Of a stretch of 64,000 nucleotides of DNA, positions 39,881-49,575 are shown one piece after another. The stretch lies in sequence record MT782071.1; one strand, given 5' to 3'. The first letter of the stretch is position 1. Each line of letters opens with the position of its first letter. The notes beneath the pieces are model-generated. The model saw only the letters and a program-made list of their open reading frames with translations, did no database searches and was not told the DNA's origin. The stretch is from Escherichia phage JN02. The translations under genes were made by a program, and so were the position numbers.

Positions 39881-40741
39881 TTATACCGCCATTTTAGCTT
39901 TGATAGCTGGATGAGATTCGTAATTTTTAAGAACGAAATCAGAATGTGTCATCGTTCCAGTAACCCAGTCCATTTGGATTTTTGTAGGCCAATTCTCAAA
40001 ATTACTAGGCCAATTAATTTCAAGAGAACACAACTCTTTAGGTTCACGACGAAGAACTTCTTTGCATTGTTCTACATGATTGCTGTAGATATGCGTGTTG
40101 CCGCCTGAGAACACTAAATCACCCGGGATAAGGTTACACATCTTCGCTACAATATGCGTCAAGGCAGCGTACGAGGCAATGTTGAACGGCAAACCCAAGA
40201 AAACATCAACACTTCTCTGGTACCATTGTAAATCAAGATGTCCATTACGCACATTGAACTGATAGAACATATGGCAAGGAGGAAGAGCCATTTGATTTAT
40301 TTCAGCTGGATTCCAGGCAGAAACAATTTGACGACGATCAGTTGGTAATTTTTTAATACGGTCGATTGTTTCAACTAATTGGTCTACACCACCAAAATCA
40401 CGCCATTGTTTACCATATATAGGACCAAGTTCACCGCTATGGTACCCAAGGTCTTTTGCCTGATTTTCGTAATTATCGTCCCAAATAGTTTTACCTTCAA
40501 TTAGACTACCATGGGTACGAAGACGTAATTCGTTAACATTAGTAGAACCGGACATGAACCACAGTAGTTCGGCAATACAAGCTTTCCATGCTAATTTCTT
40601 AGTTGTTACCGCAGGGAATCCTTTAGTCAGATCCCAACGTAATTTAGTTCCGAACAGGGCAATAGTGCCGGTACCTGTACGGTCGTCTGTTTCGTAGCCA
40701 TTTTCTAAGATATCTTTAATCAGGTATTGGTATTGTTTCAT
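39881..40741 (-). CDS. td: thymidylate synthase, uninterrupted
   Basis: 286 aa; active-site PPCH; matches T4 TS as one continuous ORF. Confidence 0.97.
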   Translation of the reverse strand: MKQYQYLIKDILENGYETDDRTGTGTIALFGTKLRWDLTKGFPAVTTKKLAWKACIAELLWFMSGSTNVNELRLRTHGSLIEGKTIWDDNYENQAKDLGYHSGELGPIYGKQWRDFGGVDQLVETIDRIKKLPTDRRQIVSAWNPAEINQMALPPCHMFYQFNVRNGHLDLQWYQRSVDVFLGLPFNIASYAALTHIVAKMCNLIPGDLVFSGGNTHIYSNHVEQCKEVLRREPKELCSLEINWPSNFENWPTKIQMDWVTGTMTHSDFVLKNYESHPAIKAKMAV

Positions 40742-41325
40742 TTATAAACGCTCTCGGTAATTTCGGTGAGTTCATCGATTCTGTAGTAATGAGATTCTAC
40801 CATAGAACGTTGAAGCATAATATCTTGGACGAAATCTTTATCAAGTTGAACATCGGAATTAACACGAGATTTCTTAATGATTTTAGTCATCACGATTTCA
40901 TCGGCATAAGGCAGTGCTTGTTTTAATAATGCAGGACCGCCAATAACCGAGACATCAACATGTTCAGTAGAAAGTTTAAACGGTACATCAGTTGCAGGGC
41001 TAAACAGGTTAATTTCACCACCTGTTACCAAGGTAATAAATTCAGATTGGGTGATATAGAACCGTGCAAGTTCGTTGGTTTTAGTCCTAGGCAGTTTTCT
41101 GGCCATATCAGTGACAACCACATGAGTACGATCTGGGAGTAGACGAGGTAATGATGCAAAAGTCTTAGCACCCATAACCATTACAGTGTTTTTAGTGCGA
41201 GCAACAAAGTTACTCATATCTTGTTTGATATGCTTCCATGGAAGTCCATCACCTAATCCAAAAGCATATTCCAGTTTATCATCAACTGTTTTAGACGGTG
41301 CGCATGCGAATACTAATTTAAGCAT
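40738..41325 (-). CDS. frd: dihydrofolate reductase
   Basis: 195 aa; matches T4 DHFR. Confidence 0.93.
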   Translation of the reverse strand: MLKLVFACAPSKTVDDKLEYAFGLGDGLPWKHIKQDMSNFVARTKNTVMVMGAKTFASLPRLLPDRTHVVVTDMARKLPRTKTNELARFYITQSEFITLVTGGEINLFSPATDVPFKLSTEHVDVSVIGGPALLKQALPYADEIVMTKIIKKSRVNSDVQLDKDFVQDIMLQRSMVESHYYRIDELTEITESVYK

Positions 41326-41327
41326 TT

Positions 41328-41576
41328 TTATTTCCTCAGATTTTTCTTAACAACTTTCCAATCAGCTTTAAATGATTCAACATCAGAGTGGTGAATCCAG
41401 AATCCTGCGCTTTCACCATCTTCGTAGAGTGGACATCCATCACATTCTTCGTTCCAACCCATTTCACGTAAAGCTTCTTCAGCTTGTTCAAGGAGTTCAG
41501 CGTCTTTACCGACGATGTTGAAGTACCATTTACCTCTAACTTCAGAATCTTTGATGCTCTGGCGTTGCAATCTCAT
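41328..41576 (-). CDS. hypothetical protein (frd.1 position)
   Basis: 82 aa from ATG with SD AAGGAG (track used GTG at 41591). Confidence 0.55.
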   Translation of the reverse strand: MRLQRQSIKDSEVRGKWYFNIVGKDAELLEQAEEALREMGWNEECDGCPLYEDGESAGFWIHHSDVESFKADWKVVKKNLRK

Positions 41577-41608
41577 TTTATTCTCCTTCACTTTTATTTG
41601 ATAGGGCT

Positions 41609-41638
41609 ACTATAACATAACCCTATCTTGTTATAAAC
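41609..41638 (-). promoter_or_regulatory. early promoter with inverted repeat around the -10
   Basis: GTTTAT, 18 nt, TATAGT; inverted repeat ATAGGG/CCCTAT. Confidence 0.55.
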
Positions 41639-42030
41639 TACTTTTTAAAAGTTTTTTGCAAAAGTTCGATGATTTCGTCGACGTTGGTTTCATCTACGAT
41701 ACAATGGATTTTTGTTACACCTAAAGTTACACCTTCGTTAGTAGGTTGAGGCTTTACTAAATCTACCTCAGTAAAGTATTTGAACTCATCATAATAAATC
41801 TCAAAATAAGTTTCAATTTCACCACCGGCAGAACATACAGTACCGTCTTCCATAGTTACACTTACTACGTTTGGCGTATCGCTGTCATAATCAGGTTCCA
41901 TTCCATTTACAACAAAACTAGGCCCATGGAGTTCAATCAATTTTAACATCTTAGCGTTATTGTGTGGTGCTTCTTGAACAAAGTCGTCTTTAAATAAAGG
42001 GTTAATGATATAAGATTTTCCGATTTTCAT
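41638..42030 (-). CDS. hypothetical protein (frd.2 position)
   Basis: 130 aa from internal ATG with SD GAGGAAA; longer track ORF overlaps upstream gene. Confidence 0.55.
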   Translation of the reverse strand: MKIGKSYIINPLFKDDFVQEAPHNNAKMLKLIELHGPSFVVNGMEPDYDSDTPNVVSVTMEDGTVCSAGGEIETYFEIYYDEFKYFTEVDLVKPQPTNEGVTLGVTKIHCIVDETNVDEIIELLQKTFKK

Positions 42031-42040
42031 TTTGATTTCC

Positions 42041-42292
42041 TCATTTGTTGATGTGTTGTAATAAAGATTCTGCAAACGTCTCATATGATTCCAGGTGTTC
42101 TTCTTTAATGCGAACTGCATGATTATCACCCGAAGAATAGAACATCTGTACGATAAGAGCTTCGTAATCAGACGAAATACATGCTACGTTTTCCGGCTTC
42201 AGGCATTCATTGTATGTCGCAAGTGGGTCAGTGAAAGCTGCAACGTTTTTGCTACCGCAGTAATCCATACTTCTTTGAATAATAAAAATCAT
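42041..42292 (-). CDS. hypothetical protein (frd.3 position)
   Basis: 83 aa; SD GAGGAAA; early promoter upstream. Confidence 0.55.
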   Translation of the reverse strand: MIFIIQRSMDYCGSKNVAAFTDPLATYNECLKPENVACISSDYEALIVQMFYSSGDNHAVRIKEEHLESYETFAESLLQHINK

Positions 42293-42321
42293 TTTATTTT
42301 CCTCTCATTTGTTGATAAGTC

Positions 42322-42350
42322 TATAGTATCATGTTTAAAGGAAAAGTAAA
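42322..42350 (-). promoter_or_regulatory. early promoter
   Basis: GTTTAC, 17 nt, TACTAT, then CAACAAATGAGAGGAAAATAAA and ATG at 42292. Confidence 0.65.
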
Positions 42351-42382
42351 CAACTTTTTTGGCAATTTACAGATACTCAAAA

Positions 42383-42400
42383 GGGAGACCGAAGTCTCCC
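42383..42400 (-). terminator. intrinsic terminator after gene 32
   Basis: minus strand GGGAGAC-UUCG-GUCUCCC followed by UUUUG. Confidence 0.8.
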
Positions 42401-42406
42401 GATTTA

Positions 42407-43309
42407 TTATAGACCAGCTAACAGGTCATCTAGGTCGCCATCATCAGAGGATGAGGTAGAGCTCATGAAGTCATCTTCAGTTTTTGCAGAACTAAAGGCT
42501 TCCATGTCTTTATCAAAATCGTCGAGGTCAGAAGCAACTTTATCTGCAACAGAAGCTGCGGCAGCTGCTGCACCGCCCAGAGCGGCAGTACCAAGAACCT
42601 TAGCGAAAGATTCATTTAATTTTTCAAAGGATTTGAACTGGTCTTTAGCCGTCAAAGTAGTAAGGTCTACCATCTGGTCATATAGTTCTTTCTGGAATGC
42701 TTCGTCATTAATACGAGGAATTTCAGATTGACCCAAGAATTTAGATTCGTCATAGTTGCTAAAACCGGAAACCTGCTTAGCTTTCAGAACGAAGTTAGCA
42801 CCTTCAAACGGGCAAGTAACATCAACCGGAGTTTCACCCATTTCGGTATCAACTGCAATCATTGCATTGATTTTGTCCCAAATCTTTTTACCGAAACGAT
42901 ATTTAAATACTTTACCTTCGTTATCTGGAGCTTGAGGATCTTTAACAACCAGAATATTAGCCCAATAAGAAGTTTTACGTTTCAGTTGAGAATATTCAGT
43001 TTTGTTGGTATTGTACAGGTCATTTTTGATAATGTACTGACATACAGGACAAGAGTCATAATCACCATGTGTAGAAGAGCAATTTTCAATATACCATTTA
43101 CCATTTTTCTTGAAACCGTGGTTAACAAGAATTGCAAATGGTAGTGCATCATCAGTTTTTGCTGGCAAGAAACGAATTACCGCTTGACCATTACCAGATG
43201 CATCTAGCTTCAGCTTCCATTCGCCTTTATCTTCTGAAGAGAAACCTTTGTTACCATTCAGTTTAGCCATTTGAGCAGCGAGGTCAGCAGTAGATTTACG
43301 TTTAAACAT
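42407..43309 (-). CDS. 32: single-stranded DNA-binding protein gp32
   Basis: 300 aa; zinc-binding region and acidic C-terminal tail; matches T4 gp32. Confidence 0.97.
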   Translation of the reverse strand: MFKRKSTADLAAQMAKLNGNKGFSSEDKGEWKLKLDASGNGQAVIRFLPAKTDDALPFAILVNHGFKKNGKWYIENCSSTHGDYDSCPVCQYIIKNDLYNTNKTEYSQLKRKTSYWANILVVKDPQAPDNEGKVFKYRFGKKIWDKINAMIAVDTEMGETPVDVTCPFEGANFVLKAKQVSGFSNYDESKFLGQSEIPRINDEAFQKELYDQMVDLTTLTAKDQFKSFEKLNESFAKVLGTAALGGAAAAAASVADKVASDLDDFDKDMEAFSSAKTEDDFMSSTSSSDDGDLDDLLAGL

Positions 43310-43356
43310 GGATTATTACCTTTTATTTAGATTATTTAATTTATTTACAGTTGGTT

Positions 43357-43380
43357 GCTACGACACTTATACCTCGTAGC
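43357..43380 (-). promoter_or_regulatory. gene 32 translational operator hairpin (autoregulatory leader)
   Basis: minus strand GCTACGA-loop-TCGTAGC followed by an A/U-rich unstructured stretch down to the gene 32 ATG. Confidence 0.55.
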
Positions 43381-43390
43381 TGGTATGATT

Positions 43391-43398
43391 TATTTATA
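43391..43398 (-). promoter_or_regulatory. late promoter (gene 32, minus strand)
   Basis: TATTTATA on plus strand about 80 nt upstream of gene 32 ATG. Confidence 0.6.
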
Positions 43399-43427
43399 AA
43401 GTAATTTTAACACACAAGAAATAAAGC

Positions 43428-44081
43428 TTAATACTTACATGATTTGATTGTTTCTATGAACAATTTCTTAGCAGCATTTCCATCGATTTGAAGTATTTTT
43501 CGATATGCCTTTAATTTGGTAGAATAATTTTGCCAGACTAAATTGTCAGTAAGTTCATCATGCTTATCTATAATATTCAAAAATGAGTCCAACAATAAGA
43601 AAGTCTCAAATGAAATTATATTGCTTTGTAGCAATTTGAATATGTAGCTCGACTGAACGTTGTTATTATAATCAAATATCTCTTGAAGCGCACTAACTTC
43701 AACTTTCTTACTGAAATAGTAGATGTTACGTACATCTTCAGCAAACGTCTCCTTGGCTTGTTTGAGACGTCCAATATATTCCCTATAGAAAACTAATGCA
43801 TCAGCGTCTGATATCTCACCAATCCATGCGTCTTGGTTAGCAACTAAGTTGCTTATGAATATCAAGGTGAGTTCCTTCAATTTATATTTCTCTGCTAGTT
43901 TTTCAAAGAAATATTTATCTCGGCGTTTTTGATACGCATTATCCGAAACACGCATGCACCAGTTATATTTGATTACGTCATACCGACCATTAAAATGTTG
44001 TTTGCACATCAAGTATAGTTTGTATACCGATTTTCCGTTAATATAACGTTCTCCATCAGGAGGCATGCGTATTTTAATCAT
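43428..44081 (-). CDS. 59: gp59 helicase loader
   Basis: 217 aa; T4 size and position. Confidence 0.85.
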   Translation of the reverse strand: MIKIRMPPDGERYINGKSVYKLYLMCKQHFNGRYDVIKYNWCMRVSDNAYQKRRDKYFFEKLAEKYKLKELTLIFISNLVANQDAWIGEISDADALVFYREYIGRLKQAKETFAEDVRNIYYFSKKVEVSALQEIFDYNNNVQSSYIFKLLQSNIISFETFLLLDSFLNIIDKHDELTDNLVWQNYSTKLKAYRKILQIDGNAAKKLFIETIKSCKY

Positions 44082-44416
44082 AATAAGAAATCTAACGTAT
44101 TAGTTTTTTCACCACGAGCAACTGATGGACGAAGCATGTTTTCGTCAATTGCTTCGCTTGTAATTTTTTCAACAATTCCGGTAGGAATAAATTTAGCAAA
44201 TTGTGTTTCTGGAATAGAATTTTCTTCCAAGAAAGCAGTTGTTGCTTCTAAATAAGACATACCAAATTGTTCAACCATGGATTCGATAATGAATCCATTT
44301 TCTTGTCGGTCAAGCAATTTAGCGATATCATCTTTATCGTGTTTTACTGCTAATTCTTGTTCAGATAAACCGGCCTCATCAACCGGTTTAATATCACTTA
44401 GTGAAAACTGTGTCAT
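44078..44416 (-). CDS. 33: gp33 late transcription co-activator
   Basis: 112 aa acidic; T4 size and position. Confidence 0.8.
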   Translation of the reverse strand: MTQFSLSDIKPVDEAGLSEQELAVKHDKDDIAKLLDRQENGFIIESMVEQFGMSYLEATTAFLEENSIPETQFAKFIPTGIVEKITSEAIDENMLRPSVARGEKTNTLDFLL

Positions 44417-44663
44417 AAAGCTCGACTACCTCTTCGTTTTCAGCTTCAAATTGGTCACGAGCGTCTTTATGATAAAGAGCTAACAAACGATTAAACATTT
44501 TTCCATCGACGCCAAGCTCTTCTTTAGCACGAGTACGAATGTCTTTAATCAGTTCATTATAACCAGAAATTTTAAGTTTGTTATCGGAAGCTTCCTTGAC
44601 TAGTTTAGCCAGTTCTTCACCATGCACATCTTGATTAAATTCAACTGCTTCTTTCTTAGCCAT
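44394..44663 (-). CDS. dsbA: DsbA dsDNA-binding protein
   Basis: 89 aa from second ATG, preceded by SD GAGGTAAAC; T4 size and position. Confidence 0.7.
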   Translation of the reverse strand: MAKKEAVEFNQDVHGEELAKLVKEASDNKLKISGYNELIKDIRTRAKEELGVDGKMFNRLLALYHKDARDQFEAENEEVVELYDTVFTK

Positions 44664-44670
44664 GTTTACC

Positions 44671-45588
44671 TCAGAATTCATTAATTACACTTGTTAATTT
44701 AGAAAGACCGGATTTTACAAAGTATGAATAAATCTTGCCTTTAGGTTGTGGTTTATATGAGTTATAATACTCTATAATGGTTGAAGCAATATTATCAGGG
44801 ATATAATCAAAATCAATGAGAACCAAATTTTCTTGATACCGTTTATATTCTTCAGCACTTAATAATACTTCAGCTTGAGAACGGTCGTTAGCAATTGCTT
44901 CAATAATTGATGTTTTCATGCTCGGAGTTCGTTCACCATCAACTCTGGTAAACCAGAAGTCGCCACGAACTCGAACAGATGCAACACCATCCTTACGGTC
45001 ACCTTTAAGAATTTTAGTCATGCAATCAATTTCGGCAGAACCGTTCTTAATTTTAACCCATTTTTTCTGTGGTGGTGACCACTGTTTAACGTTAGGATAT
45101 TTATGTAATTGTGTAAAGTCACCATCTGATGCAACAATACATACCTTATGTCCAGCTAATGACAAATATTTGGTTAATACACCGATATGGTCATCCGCTT
45201 CATACTTGTCAATATCCATTACAACGTATGGCATGTATTTCTTAATCTCATCAACAACTTGACGGAGTGCAGTAAAATATCCTTCCCAATCCCACTTTGA
45301 AGCTTCACGATCGGTTTTACGATTTTTCTTGTAATAGTAAGCAAAGTCACGTCGCCAATAACCTGAAGTAGCATTATCCATACACAATACAAATTTTGTA
45401 TAGCCTTGCTTACGGAACATCACTACGTTTTTACGAATTGAATTCAAGATTACATGGCGAACCATCGGAACAGTAATTTTATCGCCGTCTTCAAAGTTGT
45501 TTAATGCGGCTGCCAATGCAATGTTACTAAAGTCGGCAAGTGCAATACCTTCTTTGTAATCTTCATCCAACATCATTTCTAAATCCAT
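44671..45588 (-). CDS. rnh: RNase H (5'-3' exonuclease)
   Basis: 305 aa; T4 size and position; early promoter upstream. Confidence 0.9.
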   Translation of the reverse strand: MDLEMMLDEDYKEGIALADFSNIALAAALNNFEDGDKITVPMVRHVILNSIRKNVVMFRKQGYTKFVLCMDNATSGYWRRDFAYYYKKNRKTDREASKWDWEGYFTALRQVVDEIKKYMPYVVMDIDKYEADDHIGVLTKYLSLAGHKVCIVASDGDFTQLHKYPNVKQWSPPQKKWVKIKNGSAEIDCMTKILKGDRKDGVASVRVRGDFWFTRVDGERTPSMKTSIIEAIANDRSQAEVLLSAEEYKRYQENLVLIDFDYIPDNIASTIIEYYNSYKPQPKGKIYSYFVKSGLSKLTSVINEF

Positions 45589-45620
45589 ATGAACCTCTTG
45601 TTCAGTTAGTCAACTTGTCT

Positions 45621-45650
45621 ATAGTAACATACTCATTTGAAAGCGTAAAC
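45621..45650 (-). promoter_or_regulatory. early promoter (rnh)
   Basis: GTTTAC, 18 nt, TACTAT upstream of rnh. Confidence 0.6.
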
Positions 45651-45653
45651 TGG

Positions 45654-45661
45654 TATAAATA
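45654..45661 (+). promoter_or_regulatory. late promoter TATAAATA (gene 34)
   Basis: exact TATAAATA 31 nt before gene 34 ATG. Confidence 0.7.
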
Positions 45662-45691
45662 AGTATTATTGAAACAATAAAGGAAAAACGA

Positions 45692-48600
45692 ATGGCCGAC
45701 ATCAAACGTAAGTTCAGAGCCGAAGACGGTCTGGACGCCGGTGGCGACAAGATTGTTAACGTAGCATTAGCCGACCGTACAGTAGGTACTGATGGCGTAA
45801 ACGTTGACTTCCTGGTACAAGAAAACACCGTTCAAGTATATGATTCTACGCGTGGATATAACAAAGGATTTGTTGTTCTTTATGACAACCGTTTATATCA
45901 AGCAATAAATGATATTGTGTCTCCTTCCGGGGCATTTAACCTTTTACAATGGCGCGCAGTTCGTACTGATGCACAATGGATAACTGTCGCTTCTGGGACT
46001 TATCAACTTTCTTCAGGTGAATCGATTTCGGTTAACACTGGTGCCGGCAATGATATGGTTTTCACGTTGCCAAATGCGCCGGTTGATGGTGATACTGTTG
46101 TTTTGGCTGATATTGGTGGAAGAACCGGTACAGTTAAAGTACAGATTAACGCGTCTGTGCAGAGTATTTTAAACTTTAGAGGTGAACAAGTTCGTACAGT
46201 TTTAATGACGCGCCCCCGTTCACAACTATTGTTTGTGTTTAGTAATCGTTTGTGGCAGATGTATATTACCGATTATGGTAAAGAATCAATCACTGTTACA
46301 CCTGCGACACCATATCAAGCACAAGCAAATGATTTTATCGTTCGTCGTTTTACTAGTGCAGCACCAATCAACATTACACTTCCACGTAATGCTAACAATG
46401 GTGATATAATCAGCCTAGTCGATTTAGATGGATTAAACCCACTGTATCATACAATTGTTAAAACATTTGATGATACAACGTCTATTGGCGAAGTCGGGAC
46501 TCATATTGCCGAAGGCAGAAATGACTCTGACGCGTTTTTTGTTTTTGATGCTGCAAGTAGTTTATGGCGTATATGGGAAGGCGACCAGAAATCACGTCTT
46601 CGTATTATCCGTGCGGATTCAAATATTCGTCCAAATGAAGAAGTTCTTATTTTTGGCACAAATAACGCTACAGCCGGAACTATTAATCTTACGCTGCCTT
46701 CCGGAATTTTGAGTGGTGACACTGTTAAAATTTCAATGAACTACATGCGTAAAGGCCAAACAGTAAAAATTAAAGCTGCCGAAGGTGATACAATTGCTTC
46801 TTCTGTTGCGTTGCTTCAGTTCCCTAAACGTTCTGAATATCCACCTGATGCTCAATGGGTCTCTGTTACTGAACTAGAATTCAATGGCACTACTTCATAT
46901 GTTCCTGTATTAGAATTAGCGTATATCGAAGACACCGTTGCTGGTACACGTTATTGGGTTGTGCAACAGAATGTCCCTACGGTAGAACGTGTTGATGCTG
47001 GATCCGATACAACTAGAGCTCGTGTAGGTGTTATTGCTCTTGCTACTCAAGCGCAAGCAAATGTTGATTTTGAAAATTCTCCAGCTAAAGAAGTGGCTAT
47101 TACTCCTGAAACGTTGGCAAATCGTACAGCAACTGAAGCTCGACGTGGTATCGCTAAAATTGCTACAACAGCACAAGTTAACCAGAATTCCACAGCATCA
47201 TTTGTGGACGATACTATTGTTACGCCTAAAAAACTAAATGAGCGTACAGCAACTGAAACTCGTCGCGGTCTTGCTGAAATTGCTACTCAGACTGAAACCG
47301 ATGCTGGTCTTGATGACACAACGATTATTACACCTAAGAAATTGCAGGCACGTCAGGGCTCTGAAACGCTGTCTGGTATAGTTAAATATGTATCGACTAC
47401 TTCTGCTACTCCTGCTGAAACTCGTGGGGCTGCAGGCACTAACGTTTATAATAAAACCGTAAATAATTTAACTATTTCTCCTAAAGCCCTTGACCAATAT
47501 AAAGCAACTTATGCTCAACAAGGTGCAGTAATTTTAGCTGTTGATAGTGAAGTAATTGCTGGTCAATCACAAGCAGGTTATTCTCACGCTGTAGTAACTC
47601 CTGAAACACTACATAAGAAAACTTCTACTGATGGACGTATTGGTTTAATTGAAATTGCTACGCAAGCAGAAACTAATGCTGGGACTGATTATACACGTGC
47701 AGTAACGCCTAAGACGTTAAATGATAGGAAAGCGACGGAAGGATTATCCGGCATAGCCGAAATTGCTACGCAAGTTGAATTTGATACTGGAACTGATGAT
47801 ACTCGTATCTCGACTCCACTTAAAATTAAAACTCATTTTGATTCTTCTGACCGTACCGGTGTTAATTCTGATTCCGGACTTATTGAAGAAGGAACCTTGT
47901 GGAACCATTATACTCTTGATATTTCTAAAGCAAATGAAACACAACGTGGTACACTTCGCGTAGCGACCCAGGCAGAATCTAATGCAGGAACTTTAGATGA
48001 TGTTCTTATTACTCCTAAAAAGCTTTTAGGGACTAAGTCCACTGAAACGTCTGAAGGCGTAATTAAGGTTGCTACTCAGGCTGAAACTGTAACAGGAACT
48101 TCTGCTAATACTGCTGTATCTCCTAAGAATTTAAAATGGATTGTGCAGAGTGAACCAACATGGGCTGCTACTACAGCAATTCGTGGATTCGTTAAAACTT
48201 CATCCGGTTCTATTACATTCGTTGGTAATGATACAGTCGGTTCTACACAGAACTTAGAGCTATACGAGAAAAATAGCTATGCAGTATCACCATATGAATT
48301 AAACCGTGTATTAGCAAATTATTTGCCATTAAAAGCAAAAGCTGCTGACGCAAATTTATTGGATGGTCTAGATTCATCTCAGTTCATTCGTAGGGACATT
48401 GCACAGACGGTTAATGGTTCACTAACCTTAACCCAACAAACGAATCTGAGTGCCCCTCTTGTATCATCTAGTACTGCTACGTTTGGTGGTTCAGTTTCGG
48501 CAAATAGTACATTAACTATTTCTAATACTGGAACGGCAACTCGTCTGATTTTTGAGAAAGGACCTCAAACTGGAACTAACCCAGCACAGTCAATGAGCAT

Positions 48601-49567
48601 CCGTGTATGGGGAAATGAATTTGGTGGCGGTTCAGATACAACACGTTCTACTGTATTTGAAGTTGGTGATGAAACATCTAATCACTTTTATTCTCAGCGT
48701 AATAAAGCTGGGAATATAGCGTTTAGCATTAATGGTACTGTAATGCCAATAAACATTAATGCTTCCGGTTTGATGAATGTTAATGGCGTTGCAACGTTCG
48801 GTCGTTCAGTTACAGCCAATGGCGAATTCATCAGCAAGTCTGCAAATGCTTTCAGAGCAATAAACGGTGATTATGGATTCTTTATTCGTAATGATGCTAC
48901 TAACACCTATTTTATGCTTACTGCATCAGGTGATCAGACTGGTGGATTTAATGGATTACGTCCTTTAGCTATTAGCAATACATCTGGTCAAGTAACGATT
49001 GGTGAAAGCTTAATCATTGCCAAAGGTGCTACTATAAATTCAGGCGGTTTAACTGTTAACTCGAGAATTCGTTCTCAGGGTACTAAAACATCTGATTTAT
49101 ATACCCGTGCACCAACATCTGATACTGTAGGATTCTGGTCAATTGACATTAATGATTCAGCTACTTATAACCAATTCCCAGGTTATTTTAAAATGGTTGA
49201 AAAAACTAATGAAGTGACTGGACTTCCATACTTAGAACGTGGTGAAGAAGTTAAATCTCCTGGTACATTGACTCAGTTTGGTAACACACTTGATTCGCTT
49301 TACCAAGATTGGATTACTTATCCAACAACTCCAGAAGCACGTACAACCCGTTGGACACGTACATGGCAGAAAACTAAAAATTCTTGGTCAAGTTTTGTTC
49401 AGGTATTTGATGGTGGAAACCCTCCTCAACCTTCTGATATTGGCGCTTTACCTTCTGATAATGCAACAATCGGAAACTTGACAATAAGGGATTTCTTAAG
49501 GATTGGTAATGTCCGCATTATTCCAGACCCTGTGAATAAATCTGTTAAATTCGAGTGGATTGAATAA
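45692..49567 (+). CDS. 34: long tail fibre proximal subunit gp34
   Basis: 1291 aa; matches remembered T4 gp34 end to end; late promoter upstream. Confidence 0.97.
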   Translation: MADIKRKFRAEDGLDAGGDKIVNVALADRTVGTDGVNVDFLVQENTVQVYDSTRGYNKGFVVLYDNRLYQAINDIVSPSGAFNLLQWRAVRTDAQWITVASGTYQLSSGESISVNTGAGNDMVFTLPNAPVDGDTVVLADIGGRTGTVKVQINASVQSILNFRGEQVRTVLMTRPRSQLLFVFSNRLWQMYITDYGKESITVTPATPYQAQANDFIVRRFTSAAPINITLPRNANNGDIISLVDLDGLNPLYHTIVKTFDDTTSIGEVGTHIAEGRNDSDAFFVFDAASSLWRIWEGDQKSRLRIIRADSNIRPNEEVLIFGTNNATAGTINLTLPSGILSGDTVKISMNYMRKGQTVKIKAAEGDTIASSVALLQFPKRSEYPPDAQWVSVTELEFNGTTSYVPVLELAYIEDTVAGTRYWVVQQNVPTVERVDAGSDTTRARVGVIALATQAQANVDFENSPAKEVAITPETLANRTATEARRGIAKIATTAQVNQNSTASFVDDTIVTPKKLNERTATETRRGLAEIATQTETDAGLDDTTIITPKKLQARQGSETLSGIVKYVSTTSATPAETRGAAGTNVYNKTVNNLTISPKALDQYKATYAQQGAVILAVDSEVIAGQSQAGYSHAVVTPETLHKKTSTDGRIGLIEIATQAETNAGTDYTRAVTPKTLNDRKATEGLSGIAEIATQVEFDTGTDDTRISTPLKIKTHFDSSDRTGVNSDSGLIEEGTLWNHYTLDISKANETQRGTLRVATQAESNAGTLDDVLITPKKLLGTKSTETSEGVIKVATQAETVTGTSANTAVSPKNLKWIVQSEPTWAATTAIRGFVKTSSGSITFVGNDTVGSTQNLELYEKNSYAVSPYELNRVLANYLPLKAKAADANLLDGLDSSQFIRRDIAQTVNGSLTLTQQTNLSAPLVSSSTATFGGSVSANSTLTISNTGTATRLIFEKGPQTGTNPAQSMSIRVWGNEFGGGSDTTRSTVFEVGDETSNHFYSQRNKAGNIAFSINGTVMPININASGLMNVNGVATFGRSVTANGEFISKSANAFRAINGDYGFFIRNDATNTYFMLTASGDQTGGFNGLRPLAISNTSGQVTIGESLIIAKGATINSGGLTVNSRIRSQGTKTSDLYTRAPTSDTVGFWSIDINDSATYNQFPGYFKMVEKTNEVTGLPYLERGEEVKSPGTLTQFGNTLDSLYQDWITYPTTPEARTTRWTRTWQKTKNSWSSFVQVFDGGNPPQPSDIGALPSDNATIGNLTIRDFLRIGNVRIIPDPVNKSVKFEWIE

Positions 49568-49575
49568 GAGGTATT

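Noticed and set aside
45619-45828. 69-aa minus-strand ORF across the gene 34 start
   Set aside because: Antisense to the gene 34 late promoter and 5' coding region; low-complexity translation; no SD
46455-49481. Several short plus and minus ORFs inside gene 34 (for example 46455..46712, 46916..47176, 47028..47237, 47763..47963, 49278..49481)
   Set aside because: Out-of-frame or antisense within a strongly supported 1291-aa gene; repetitive low-complexity translations
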